This document shows positions 1 to 11,977 of a stretch of DNA of 64,000 nucleotides, piece after piece; position 1 is the stretch's first letter; each line of letters begins with the position of its first letter. This stretch comes from Octopus vulgaris. Its lineage: Eukaryota. The position numbers and the translations under genes were made by a program. Where the stretch lies: NCBI GenBank assembly GCA_951406725.2, contig OX597820.1, positions 122,078,001 to 122,142,000 of the forward strand, read 5' to 3'. The notes under the pieces were generated by a model that saw only the letters and a list, made by a program, of their open reading frames with translations, had not been told where the DNA came from and searched no databases.

Positions 1-374
1 GTTTGGGCAGCGGACTCGCGGTCATAGGATCGCGGTTTCGATTCCCAGACCGGGCGTTGTGAGTGTTTATTGAACGAAAACACCTAACATGAAGTGAACG
101 ACAGATAAATGTGGTGGTGATCCCTGCTGTACTCTTTCACCACAACTTTCTCTCACTCTTACTTCCTGTTTCTGTTGTACCTGTATTTCAAGGGGCCGGC
201 CTTGTCACTCTCTGTGTCACGCTGAATATCCCCGAGAACTACGTTAAGGGTGCACGTGTCTGTGGAGTGCTCATCCACTTGCACGTTAATTTCACGAGCA
301 GGCTGTTCCGTTGATTCGGATCAACCGGAACCCTCGTCGTCGTAACCGACGGAGTGCTTCCAATCCAATCCAAT
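1..374 (+). mobile_element. tRNA(Arg-like)-derived SINE, family C tail type 1 (5' end cut by window edge; internal deletion)
   Basis: tRNA-like head GGGCAGCGGACTCGCGG...GGTTTCGATTCCCAGACC; body nearly identical to 61509-61873; ends GGAGTGCTTC followed by (CCAAT)n. Confidence 0.9.
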
Positions 375-677
375 TCCTATCAGTTATTCCGCACCAGCGT
401 ATGAAACGTTGTATGTCTTTGATGCTCTTTTAAATTAGGAAAGAGTAAATATTTAAACTATTTGAAATATTGCACCTGAGCACATTTCGATTTTTTACTC
501 CGTGAAGGGATCTGGTTTATTTGTTTATGTATCGGATTTATTTATTCTATTAATATGGAGAATTGATTCATTCGAGACCACCGCTTGGGGCCGCTGCAAA
601 AATTATCTACATTTTTTCCCGATTCTGAATTTTAATGTTCACAAAATCAAATATTAGTAACGAAAACAATGTATTAC

Positions 678-824
678 CTACAGCATCTCATAAAGTCGAT
701 CCATGTCCTTTGCCGACCTCAGTTGTGCCACGTAACAGACCCGCAAAAGTGCGCTACAAGGAGGGTGAGAAACGAACTTCTAAACCTGACGGTCATGGCT
801 GCGCTGGTAGTTTTCATGTGTTCC
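678..824 (-). other. Candidate internal exon (147 bp), coding status unknown
   Basis: Minus-strand acceptor CCTCTCTTCGGTTCTTACAG| and donor TAG|GTAATA enclose unique, relatively GC-rich sequence; length is a multiple of 3; no protein recognised. Confidence 0.35.
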
Positions 825-1049
825 CTGTAAGAACCGAAGAGAGGTCAAAGTTATCGGTGTTACTAACATCCCCACAACTACCTACACCACCACCACCACC
901 ACCAATGAGGGGTGGGGTCTCTGTGCTACCGTTATCATTGGAAACCAAATATCCATCTTGTAAAGAAGGAACGACATAAACGGGTTAGTTACGGATGCAA
1001 CGGTTTTGATTATAGGTCTGTCCAGTCACGGTTTACCTAGGGTTAAACG

Positions 1050-1098
1050 ACAGCAACACTATTACTGCTGCTGCTGTTGCTGCTGCTTGTATTGCTGC

Positions 1099-1130
<32 letters not shown>

Positions 1131-1315
1131 ATGTAACTACAAGGTGCATTTTTCTATCATCATTCCCGTCCCAGCGTCACTGTCTCTTCAGAAGATGATA
1201 TTGCCACCAAAACCATCACTACTACTACAACTACTACTGCTGCTACTACTACTGCTGCTACTACTACTACTATTACTACTACTACTACTATTACTACTAC
1301 TGCTACTACTACTGT
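1050..1315. repeat. Trinucleotide microsatellite mosaic (CTG)n/(CTA)n
   Basis: Directly visible; explains the poly-Leu and poly-Val ORFs. Confidence 0.95.
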
Positions 1316-2223
1316 CAAAAACCTGCGCCTATTCTTTCTTTCGAAGCAAATCCTTATCAACATTATTATTGTTCAGCTTTAGCATCATTTTGAAATCATT
1401 CCCGCTGCTACCAAACAAAAACATAATGGTCGATGTTTATGTTCGCACATCGGGCATTTTTGGTGGAAGGTAAGTAATCGTTTGACACAATATATTACTG
1501 GAATATATTTTTTTATAAATCCTATTGTATCGTCCGTCCGACGGGGGCTGCGGTGAAAAAAAAAAAAAACTTCATCGGCTCTGACGAAATTTGAACTCCT
1601 TGTGACGTCGCAAAGACGGAACTAAATTCTAAGATGTTTCACTATTTCTATCGGCTCCGCCCTGCCACTTATTTCAACAACGAAAACAATAACAACATTA
1701 ATAAATGTGCAACAACAAAATTATGAACTCAGGCTACAGCACAAACAAAACCAACAAATACAACAAAACGGCTACAAATGCTGTTCGTGTTTTTATTTTA
1801 TCACATCTCCAAATATAGTTTTCATTCCCTCTCTGTGTTACTTCTTTGTTTTTCACTCCTATACCACCCCTCTTCTTCCCTCATATTTTCATCCCACTAT
1901 TTTCATTATATTTATTATTTATCTTCTTGACACAAGACCCTGGTATTCTTGTTTACAAGGGGCAACAACTTACAATACCCCTGTGATTTCGTTAAGTCCG
2001 TTCTTTTCCTCAAATTCACAAGAACCATTAATAAAGCCTGCAACGAGCGGAGAGAATCATGGTATCGTGGGGCGAATACTCTCCAAAATTACTTTGCTTT
2101 ATTTTTCTGTTTCTCTTCGTTCAAATTATTTTCACCCTTAATTCTATTCGAATCATTGGGAAAGCAAAACTTAGAGATCCGAAGTTCGTATCATTTAACC
2201 AGCACTTTGTGCACACGCCTGTG

Positions 2224-2645
2224 GGATCTTTTCGGTTTGAACGGCAGTTTTTAACATAATTTCTAAGTAACTAAAACATTTTAAACTTCGCATACTGGTA
2301 GAATGTGTTTATAAAACATCTTTTTCTCTTGGCTTTATTGAGAAAATTCTATAGTTTGTAAGATATTTGTTGTTGTTTTTTCTTCAATTTCTGCAATTTC
2401 AACAATTCACTGACGTCTATTGAGGCAAAACCATTCTGTGCCGTATGAATATATCCCTCGTTTAATAAGCAGATTGGGTTTATTTACATTTGTGAAGAAA
2501 AAAAAAGATACCCTTCCCCCATCCCTAACTAACCCTAACCCTAAAACAGATTGAAATGCAATAGATCGATACTAGGATCATAATTATGGGTGACAATTTC
2601 ATATGACACCGCTAGAAAAAACTGCCGTTCAAACCGAAAAGATCC
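2224..2645. mobile_element. MITE with perfect 29-bp terminal inverted repeats and internal (CCCTAA)-like repeats
   Basis: Left GGATCTTTTCGGTTTGAACGGCAGTTTTT; right end is its exact reverse complement (...AAAAACTGCCGTTCAAACCGAAAAGATCC); CCCTAACTAACCCTAACCCTAA at about 2523-2544; no clear TSD. Confidence 0.88.
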
Positions 2646-3269
2646 AAAATCATTGATGTCTTTTAGATTTCGACTCTTTACAATTGAGAAAACTATTTGG
2701 TAAAGCCCCCGAAATCCTTGGGAGTTTTAGGTTGTCTATCGTAAGAAGACATTGAAATTCCCGGTTATATCTTTGAACAACAAAATTCTGTGTGTTTTCC
2801 TTTCATTCTCTCAAACGAAGGGACAATCCCCTCAGATTCTTTTTCTTTCCACGATATACCAAACTTGTCTAAAGTATCGAATTTCAAAATACATACCAGC
2901 TAAAAACTAAAAGCGATAAGTTAGAAACCATTTTGAAATAATCCGGTTTAGACCAAAAGATGAAAAGTTTGGCACAAGTGTTTCTTCATTTTAGTTATTC
3001 TTATTCATGTAACTTGTATGTCTTCTGACAATTCCAGACAAAACATTACCAAAATGGATTTGTTAAAGCTATTTATTATTCGTGGAAGTCCAGATTGTTT
3101 TTAAAATTAAAGCATAATTTCTCAACAAAGTTTCACTTTCATTTTGTAATGAAAAAGGTGCGCGCGCATGAGTGTTTGCATATATACATACATACATACA
3201 CACACATACATATACATACATACATACATACATACAAATATATGCATAATATACATCCACTTCCAGGTA

Positions 3270-3425
3270 AAATGCTTAGTAGCCTTTCGTTTGTCTTTAG
3301 GTTCTGAGTTCAAATTACGCCAAGGTCGATTTTGCCTTTCATCCTTTCGGAATCGTTAAAATAAGTACCAGTTGAGTACTTGGGCCGATGTAATCGACAA
3401 GCCTGTTCCCCCGAAATCGCTGGCC
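3270..3425 (+). mobile_element. Degenerate SINE family B (Meta-domain-like)
   Basis: GTTCTGAGTTCAAATT...GGTCGATTTTGCCTTTCATCCTTTCGG...TAAGTACCAGTT matches the younger copy at 14142-14372. Confidence 0.8.
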
Positions 3426-3747
3426 AATATATGCAATGTATAATCATTACACATATACATGCATGCATTCATTTGATATTGAAACCTAGGTATAACTGCA
3501 AAAAAATAACAAGGCAAAAGTTTTTATTTTTCATTACCTTCGAAAGTTGTTATTAAATGTGGTTTTGGTCGTTTTGGCTGCTTCATTTAGCGTGTAAAAA
3601 TTACCTGTTAAAGGGTAGTTTTCTCTTGTGTTTAAATATACACTATTTTATATTAAGAATATGTTGTCTATTGACTATTTATACATGCTTGGCCACTGGT
3701 GGTGATATTTCTAAAGAATACTCGCTACCCTATATATGTATCTTACG

Positions 3748-3799
<52 letters not shown>

Positions 3800-3805
<6 letters not shown>

Positions 3806-3960
3806 ATCCAAACATGAAAACACAACAACGCGAGGACGTGGAACAAGTATAGTTTTATTGGACGCCCAGGAAAGGAAAGAAAGAAGGGGGATTTAACGTT
3901 TCGAGCGGAGCTCTTCGTCAGAAACATTGAAAAAGGAAAGGTCCAAGGAAGGGAAGACGG
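3800..3960 (-). mobile_element. Short non-coding Penelope-terminus-like repeat carrying a hammerhead motif
   Basis: Abuts a (TA)n array; contains the motif at 3891-3925 followed by AATAAA and a T-rich tail on the minus strand; loosely similar to 53870-53990. Confidence 0.6.
3891..3925 (-). ncRNA. Minimal type-I hammerhead ribozyme motif
   Basis: Minus strand GUUU-CUGACGA-A-GAGC-UCC-GCUC-GAAA-C-GUU-AAAU: conserved CUGANGA and GAAA boxes, 4-bp stem II, loopless palindromic stem III (ACGU), short stem I. Confidence 0.7.
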
Positions 3961-4171
3961 ATATATAGTACAGCATAGCATGTACGTAATAGTCATTATA
4001 TAATATACGTATGGTCAATATGATATAAAAATATTATATGAGGTGGTGCTACTAAGTTAGACGTGGCCCGGGGCAAATACTGGTCGAAACGTATATGTAC
4101 AATATTTATGTACGTGTAAAGTGTGTGTATAATATTTATGACATACATATGATATAATTAATATACGTTAC

Positions 4172-4213
<42 letters not shown>

Positions 4214-4370
4214 GCATACACACACACACACACACGCACATACACACACAAATATCGAACTTAAAATCTCATGATATCGACGGGAATGTTTTGACTCATC
4301 AGTTATTCCTGCGTTTCTTACATGCATAGTGACAGGCAGTGATGTGCACGCGTGTATGTATGTATATATA

Positions 4371-4402
<32 letters not shown>

Positions 4403-5134
4403 GATAGATATGTATATATATATAGATATGTATGTATCATATTACCTCATTTGTATATATGTACTCAGGTTGCGTCTCATGTAAAACTCCACACAGAAAG
4501 GAATCTATTTATCTCTCTCTCTCTCTTTCAACCTCTTATATACATTTCACACCCACGCACGCAGACATAATCGTGCTGTCTGAGACACACACACACACTC
4601 TCTGTCTCTCTTTCCTGTCTCTGAAGCCGTCCTTTCCACCGTCTTTCTCTCCTGCTAAGCCATCTGCACTCCCCATTATTACTTCGCCTCTTCACAATCA
4701 CTCTAAGCTCGGACAGAAAAGCAAAGTGTTTGGATTGACCACGTTAAACATAAATAAATAAATAATAAGTGACCAGGATTCACTGTCCATGCCTGACGTC
4801 GACCTATTGTAGACCATGAGAACGGTGTCAGGTGGCAGTCTACAACGCGTACACACATGCACACACACTCACTTTCTCTCTCACACACATAAGTACACAC
4901 ACGCAGACACACAAATATATATATTTACGTGTGTATGTGTGTGGACGCCTATTGACAATCCTGTAATGGTTCTGTTATGATGTCTGCGCAATCCCAATGG
5001 TTAGAAGTCCCGAACAGGTAAGGTACACCGTTACTTTCGTAATTTTAATGAGGTACAACTACGAACTAAATACAATTGTGCTTAGAAATATCGATTTTTA
5101 TCGTGATTTTTCAGTCCTGTGAATATTACAGAAA

Positions 5135-5168
<34 letters not shown>

Positions 5169-5179
5169 GAGCAAGAATG

Positions 5180-5362
5180 GTTTTGTAGTAAAAAGTTTGT
5201 TTCCCAACAAAATGGTTCCGGCTTCAGTTCCACTGCTTGACTCATTCAGGTCGATAAAAGCCTCGTGAGCGGATTTGGTAGACGGAAACTGAAAGAAACC
5301 CATTATGTGTGTGTGTATGTGTGTATAAAATGTATGCATATATATACATGTATATGTACGCG

Positions 5363-5401
<39 letters not shown>

Positions 5402-5670
5402 ATGTATATATACACAAACACATACATGTATATATACACGTACGTGTGTGTGTGTGTGCTTGGTGTGTGTTTGTGTGTATTTTCGTCCACCCACCCACTC
5501 ACCGCTTGATAACAGATGTTGATGTGTTTACGACCTAGTATCTAGCGGTTCGGCAAAATTGACCGATAGAATAAGTACCAGGCTTTTAAAAAAATAGGAG
5601 CGGGTTCGATTCATTCGACTACAATTTTTCAAGGAAGTCTAATGACTGAAACAAGTAAAAGATAAAAGAT
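5180..5670 (+). mobile_element. Degenerate SINE family A with expanded internal microsatellite
   Basis: ATGGTTCCGGCTTCAGTTCCACTGC, GGATTTGGTAGACGGAAACTGAAAGAA, TAGCGGTTCGGCAAAA...GATAGAATAAGTAC, tail ATGACTGAAACAAGTAAAAGA. Confidence 0.85.
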
Positions 5671-6185
5671 ATACATACACATACATACACATACATACAC
5701 ACTTGTGTTCTTTTTCTTCCAATTCCGTTTCTTACCAATTTGGTGACAAACGGTTTAAGACTCCTGTTGCAACATAACACGGACATTTTAATTTCTTTCG
5801 TGTCATCACACAGTCCAATGATTGACTCTAAAACATTTTATAAAAAGAAAAAACCGTTATTATTCATTTCCAAAATATTTTCTCTGTTTTTATACATTCT
5901 TGATATTATCTTGGAAATTTATGAGGTATGATAGTACCATTCCTAAATGTTATGCAATTTCGTCCATTACATTCGTACATTCAGACCTTCCCCCCACCCC
6001 GCCCGCCTCTCTCCATATATATTATGATAACGTGTGTTTTGATAACGATGGCTCGACTGACCGAATCTTCGAAGTCACTCTCAATAATATTACGTATACA
6101 CACATATATATATATGGCGAAAGAAATAATAGGACACACCTCCATGCAAGTCTAACCAAACATACACACGTACATATATATATAT

Positions 6186-6488
6186 ATCACCGTGACCGAC
6201 CAGGCTATCAGATGTTGCTACATATCGCTGGTCACAATGCGCTTTGCATTGTTTTAGCCTTCAAATGACGCCACCCCGCTGGCTAAGCGAGCAGGCCAAC
6301 AGAAGAAAGAGTGAGAGAAAGTTGTGGCGAAAGAGTACAGTAGGGATCGCCACCATCCCCTGCCGGAGCCTCGTTGGAGCTTTTAGGTGTTTTTGCTCAA
6401 TAAACTCTCACAACGCCCGGTCTGAGAATCGAAACTGCGATCCTACGACCGCGAGTCCGCTGCTCTAACCACTGGGCTATTGCGCCTC

Positions 6489-6489
<1 letters not shown>
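6186..6489 (-). mobile_element. SINE family C tail type 2, full length
   Basis: Minus strand starts GGAGGCGCAATAGCCCAGTGGTTAGAGCAGCGGACTCGCGG (tRNA A/B boxes), shares head with 1-374 but ends ...CATCTGATAGCCTGGTCGGTCACGGTGA. Confidence 0.9.
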
Positions 6490-6523
<34 letters not shown>

Positions 6524-6990
6524 TGTATTTTTTGTATGTATGTATATATGTCATGTGTATATATATAAGCCTTGTTTAGTTTGCAATAAGTACATTTATT
6601 AGCATCGTTTGTTGTTTTACTGTTTATTATGGTTAAACCTTCACGTGACCATGGCTATGTATATATGTTGGCGTGTCCCGTATGTGCGCGTGTGTGTATT
6701 TATGACGATCGGCCAAACTATGTTCTTGCATACGGTATAAGATTACACACACACACACACATACAGAGTTTCTCCCCTCCGTCTCTACCTGACACTCTTT
6801 AACGCATTTTAGAAAAGTGGGAAGAGAGAAAGAAAGGAAGGAAGGATGCGCATTTTAGGACTTTTATGAGTGTGCACTCTGAAGCTGGTTGAGTAAGTAT
6901 GAGTTATATACTTCCACTTATTGATGTATGGGCATGTGCGTGCAACAGAGGGAATATATTCAGTTTATCTTGTAGGCAGATGTGTTTATA

Positions 6991-7026
<36 letters not shown>

Positions 7027-7027
<1 letters not shown>

Positions 7028-7399
7028 TAGCAGTATCGCCCGGCGTTGCTCGGGTTTGTAAGGGAAATAACTATAAAGCATTTTTAGAGAGTGATAGCCA
7101 AAAAATAGCAAAAAAATGGAAAAAAAATGATGGTAAATTTTTTTGAGTTAAAAAGGTCGAGTTGCGTCCCCTAGACAGTCTATGGTTTGTGTTTCTGATT
7201 CTCGACCCCATGTCGAATTTATCGATTCTTTTCAGAACTGGGGGAACTTTTCAAAATTTTCGCTGCGTTAGTTTTGAATTATGACATTGGGCGATGTGTG
7301 TGTCAAGTTTCATCAGAATCGGTTGAAAGCCGTGGTCAGGGTGAGGGTACAACCTGACAGCCACACAGACAGACAAACTGCCGTTTATATAGAGAGAGA
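7027..7399 (-). mobile_element. Non-autonomous Helitron, complete
   Basis: Minus strand begins TC (TCTCTCTCTATATAAACGG), ends with subterminal hairpin CCCGAGCAACGCCGGG about 10 nt before CTAG; inserted between A and T with no TSD. Confidence 0.85.
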
Positions 7400-7808
7400 T
7401 ATAATGTGTGTGTGTGTATTTTTCTTTATTCACACCGCACTACATGAGGAGTAGAAAGACCACCGAAACTTAATGCAGACCACGCAGACATTGACGCACC
7501 CACAGAAAGACTAGTTTTCTCTCAGAGACATGAGTTGACATCTGATCAAAGACTTTCCTGTAGTGACCACCTTGTCATCTGGAACCGTGAAAGACAATTT
7601 AGAAGTTATTTCGTCGAAACTATATAATGTGATTGTGGGGAAAATGTAGCTGCTATTTCTAGCAGATCGAGTGCCTACGTAGTTTTTGTTAGATTGCTCT
7701 GCGGAGGAGATTACTCGACAGAGGAACGACTGACATTAAGGTTTAACCGTGCCAAGTTGACTCTTTGCTCTCTCGAATAAGATTAATTTATATAACGACT
7801 CTTCAAAT

Positions 7809-8073
7809 AATTGGCTCTCAACCGGGGTCCATGTGATGAGCCTGGGCCCTAAACAAGATTTTGTTGTTGAAATTTATCTCTAATAAATTAATATTTCTAC
7901 AAAACACAAAATATTGTAACGTTTTTTTTTATACATTAGCTCGTAATATTTAATTATAAGGGATTTTTTAATGCATCGAATGGGTAAGAGGGTCCATCAA
8001 AGTAAAATAGGAATGATAGGAGTTCAGAGGTAAAAAAGACAAAAAGAAAAAAAAAAAGGGTTGGGAAACACTG
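7809..8073. mobile_element. Old hAT (Charlie-like) MITE
   Basis: Degenerate TIRs: left TGGCTCTCAACCGGGGTCC, right GGTTGGGAAACACTG, matching CAGTG(G/T)TT(C/T)(T/C)CAACC-type ends. Confidence 0.55.
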
Positions 8074-8206
8074 ATTTTAAGATACAGGCTAAATGCATAT
8101 TAGGCAAAAAGTTTGTTTTACATTTAAACATTTGCTCAAGCACTGAATCATTCGTTTCGGGTCTTATATTCCCATCACGAGCATGTTTGCTTATACGGAT
8201 GGATGG

Positions 8207-8253
<47 letters not shown>

Positions 8254-8271
8254 TTCTCTTCTCTCTCGATG

Positions 8272-8322
<51 letters not shown>

Positions 8323-8863
8323 CACGCTTTGCTTTTGTTATTCTTTCCGTCTGTGGGTTCAAATCCTATCAAAGTCAAATTTATTTTTCATCCATATGGA
8401 ATCAATATAAAAAAAAAAAGGAGCTGTCAAATATTAGGATCAGGGATCGACAAAATTGATTCGACCACCTCCAGTAACAGAAAACTAGAAAGGAAGTATA
8501 CCCTGGTTAGAATTATTTATTCATTTAAAATATTTATCTTTTTAATGTACTTTATACAGCTGATATTTATTTTGTACAACATATATAATTTACATTTATT
8601 TATTAGCCGTATATAATTTATATTTATTTAATTCAGTTTACATATTTATTTATTTAGTCTCCAAAATTTCCCCCAAACTACTGCATATCTATCACGTATG
8701 TCACGTAATTCGTACCGACATTAAGATACGTCATGTGGCTGTTGCAATATCTTCCTCAACACGTCCACCATTTTTTTTGTTCTTGAAGTAGTAAAAACAC
8801 TTTAATTTTATGTTTGTGGGACTTATTTTTCGAACGCGCAAGAAATATCCACCTCTCTCTCTC

Positions 8864-8903
<40 letters not shown>

Positions 8904-9899
8904 GATAATAATTTGAGGGAATATTATTCCTAACTTACAGGAAAAAATTCAATTTAGAAATACTAAATCAAATTTCACAAAATATAATATATATATAAAA
9001 ATTAGAAAAACCACCTTTTATCAATTCAAAATGAACAATTAAGTTACACCATCTAGAAAATTACATATAATAGAAATATAGAAAATAAAATAACAATAAT
9101 ATACCGATGATTAAGTAAATTGCAAAATAATAATAAAAACGTATATATTTGGTGTATATATATATATATATCAGTGAGCACATTTAGGGTATGAGTGGGA
9201 CAGCCACTACAAGAGCTATGACTATTAGAAGAAGACAGATATCACAGAACGAGGTAGGGAGTCTCGACGTGGTCGCTCGTCGTGTCAGAAATATCAGCCA
9301 AATGGCCCCTGATTTGCTTGAAAATGGGAACGAGCACTTTGAAGTCATTGAAAGAACACAATAAATGAATATTACGTGGATTGGGTGGGAGATGATTGAT
9401 ATGAAGCCTGTTTGATTAAGGCCTTTTAAAATTAATCAACATCAATAATTAGATTAGATGTCACAACCACCACAGATACTATGGCCATGTCTGGTTGATA
9501 TATATAAGCGCTTTGTGAATGATTTAAACTGTTAACATTGACTGAAGTCAGGGGATCAGAAAAAGGAGGAAGAGAAGCAAGGAAAATTGCTTTGTTCTGG
9601 ATTCAAATCACGCCATTGTCGATGTTGCCTTTCCTACTTCCGGTTCTGGTGTCGATAAAGTAAGTTGGTGGGAAATATTATTATGCTGTGTATATTTGTT
9701 ATAGAAGACGAATGGCCGCCGACTTGTTAAGCAAGATCGTCTGGGAGGTTGTCAGTGGTTTTAAAGTAGTGTCTTCTCAAAGATCCAACCCCTTCTCAAA
9801 TAGACAAAAGGATTGTAAGGAAGCTGGTTGGACTCCACGAGTTCAGTGTCCTTGAGAGCAACTGTAAACACTCCGACATGTCATAGTTGTGTATCGTCA

Positions 9900-10030
9900 T
9901 CTGGCCGGCCTTGCTGATTGGCTCGCCGGTTGCTTACGTAGTTTGTGATTGGTTGTTTTGGTCGTTGATACTAAAGTGGGATTTCTCTTTATTTCACCGC
10001 GATCATCGAGAATGGACTTACTCAGTGGTT
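9900..10030. promoter_or_regulatory. Candidate promoter: two inverted CCAAT (NF-Y) boxes 31 bp apart with a bZIP-like TTACGTA between them
   Basis: ATTGG at 9917-9921 (AGCCAATCAGC on minus strand) and 9948-9952 (AACCAATCAC) in unique sequence; Inr-like TCAGT at 10022. Confidence 0.4.
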
Positions 10031-11582
10031 CGATCTCATTTCTGCTGGGTATCGTATATCGGTTCTTGGTTATTGATTTTATTTTAAATCTTTTATTACT
10101 TCTGTTACAGTGCTAAAAACGGTGTCTTTTAAGTCGTTTGTGCCATATTCCCGTTAATAATAATAATAATAATAATAATAATTGTTCATTCATTTTCAGG
10201 CTTTCTTTTAACTGTAAGTTGGCTGCAAGTTTATTTGGCTAAAAAGGTATTTTTGAAGCCAGGATGTGAAAAAAAAATCGTGATAAGGAAGAGTCACCAA
10301 CTAATTAAGGAATTACATTTATGTGCTTGACTTCATAATGTGTGTGTGTGTGTATATGTATCTTTTGTTCCTATATATATGTGTGCGTGGATACTAATCT
10401 CTTTGTGTTTACTAATATGCATTATTTTGTTTACAGGGTACTAATTAAAAAAGAAAACGCTCCCATTCTCAAACAAATGAACAAATATATTCCTTCTACA
10501 ATGTTACGCACACATACACGTATTGATGGTCACACACACATACACACACACGTCGTCATTACACAGAACAATTTCAATTGTTGGCAACTTATTGATTAAA
10601 GAGATTAATGTTTTATAATTCAAGGAGTTCGAATGATGTGAAACAGTTGCACCCTGGATTATATTTGCTGTATTGAAGCAGTATTTAGTTTCGTATCACG
10701 ACTATATTCTGAAATTTCACCCTTTTTTGACCAAATTTCCCGGCGTTCTTTCGGCATTGGTCTTCATTCACCCGCTTTTGTCTATGTCATGTATCAATAT
10801 CGAAGGAATTCCAATTTTCCCAGATCGATAAATGAAATAATACTAGAAATGTACAGTGGTCAATCACATTGGCATCACCTTGCCGACCATGTTTCTTCTC
10901 TCTTTCTCTCTCTTTTTCTTTCCCTTTCTTTCTCTCTCTCTCTCTCTCTCTCTCTCCCCCCTTTTCTTTCGCTCTCATTCACTTGTTAATTGTAAGAAAT
11001 CGTTCACGAAGAATGATATAATCAGCGGAGCACTGAATTGTTTTTGCAGTGTCCAGTTTATAAGTTTTGGGGGTCAGTTTTCTTTTTCGATCGTCCCAAA
11101 TCGATTAAAATAGATACCAGTCATATACTGGATCGATTCGATTGATTTTTTTCCCCATACCTTCGCAATAACACAATGTTTTGGATTTCTTTTCTTTCGC
11201 TAATATACGAAAGAAATCGATATTTTTTGGCGGGGAGAATACAAAGAACGCTGATGCCAGAATACCTCAGAATGGTTTATCAGAAAGAATTCAGTGCAAA
11301 ATACGGTGAATATAGACCTCTCTCTTTCTCTCTCTCTCTCTCTGAGGACATCGATAATTTTTCTGTTAATCAATCCTTACAGACAGTAGTAGTTCTTAAA
11401 AAATAAAATAGAAAAAATACTTGCAGGCGGCAGACGATAATCTTGGAACAGTCGACAGATTGTCAATTGTCTGCTGTCTTTTATTGTCCCTTTTATATAT
11501 ATCATCTGAAAAATACATTGAATATCCATTTCTCTCTCTCTCACCACCCCTGCCCTCACACTCTCTTCTCTCTCACTCTCTC

Positions 11583-11584
<2 letters not shown>

Positions 11585-11634
<50 letters not shown>

Positions 11635-11922
11635 TGTGTTTAAGTTTATATATATATATATATATATATAATATGTATATATATACATACACACACATAT
11701 ATACGTGTGTGTGTGTATATATATGTATATATATACATACACACACATATATACGTGTGTGTGTGTATATATATGTATATATATACATACACACACACAT
11801 ATACGTGTGTGTGTGTATATATGTATATATATATATGTGTATATATATGTGTATATATGTGTGTATATATGTGTGTATATATGTGTATATATATGTGTAT
11901 ATATGTGTGTATATATGTGTGC

Positions 11923-11975
<53 letters not shown>
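11585..11975. repeat. Compound (TA)/(CA)/(TG) array including a roughly 52-bp self-complementary unit repeated about 3 times
   Basis: ATATATACATACACACACATATATACGTGTGTGTGTGTATATAT repeated from about 11675 to 11820. Confidence 0.9.

Positions 11976-11977
<2 letters not shown>

Noticed and set aside
820-842. TTCCCTGTAAGAACCGAA resembling miR-10 family sequence
   Set aside because: The seed region has an indel and a mismatch, no complementary arm was found, and it is better explained as a minus-strand splice acceptor.
684-1469. Plus-strand exon chain 684-806 and 1383-1469 (the latter with a perfect AAG|GTAAGT donor)
   Set aside because: Frames are open but the peptides match nothing recognisable, the acceptors are weak, and the first overlaps a better minus-strand candidate.
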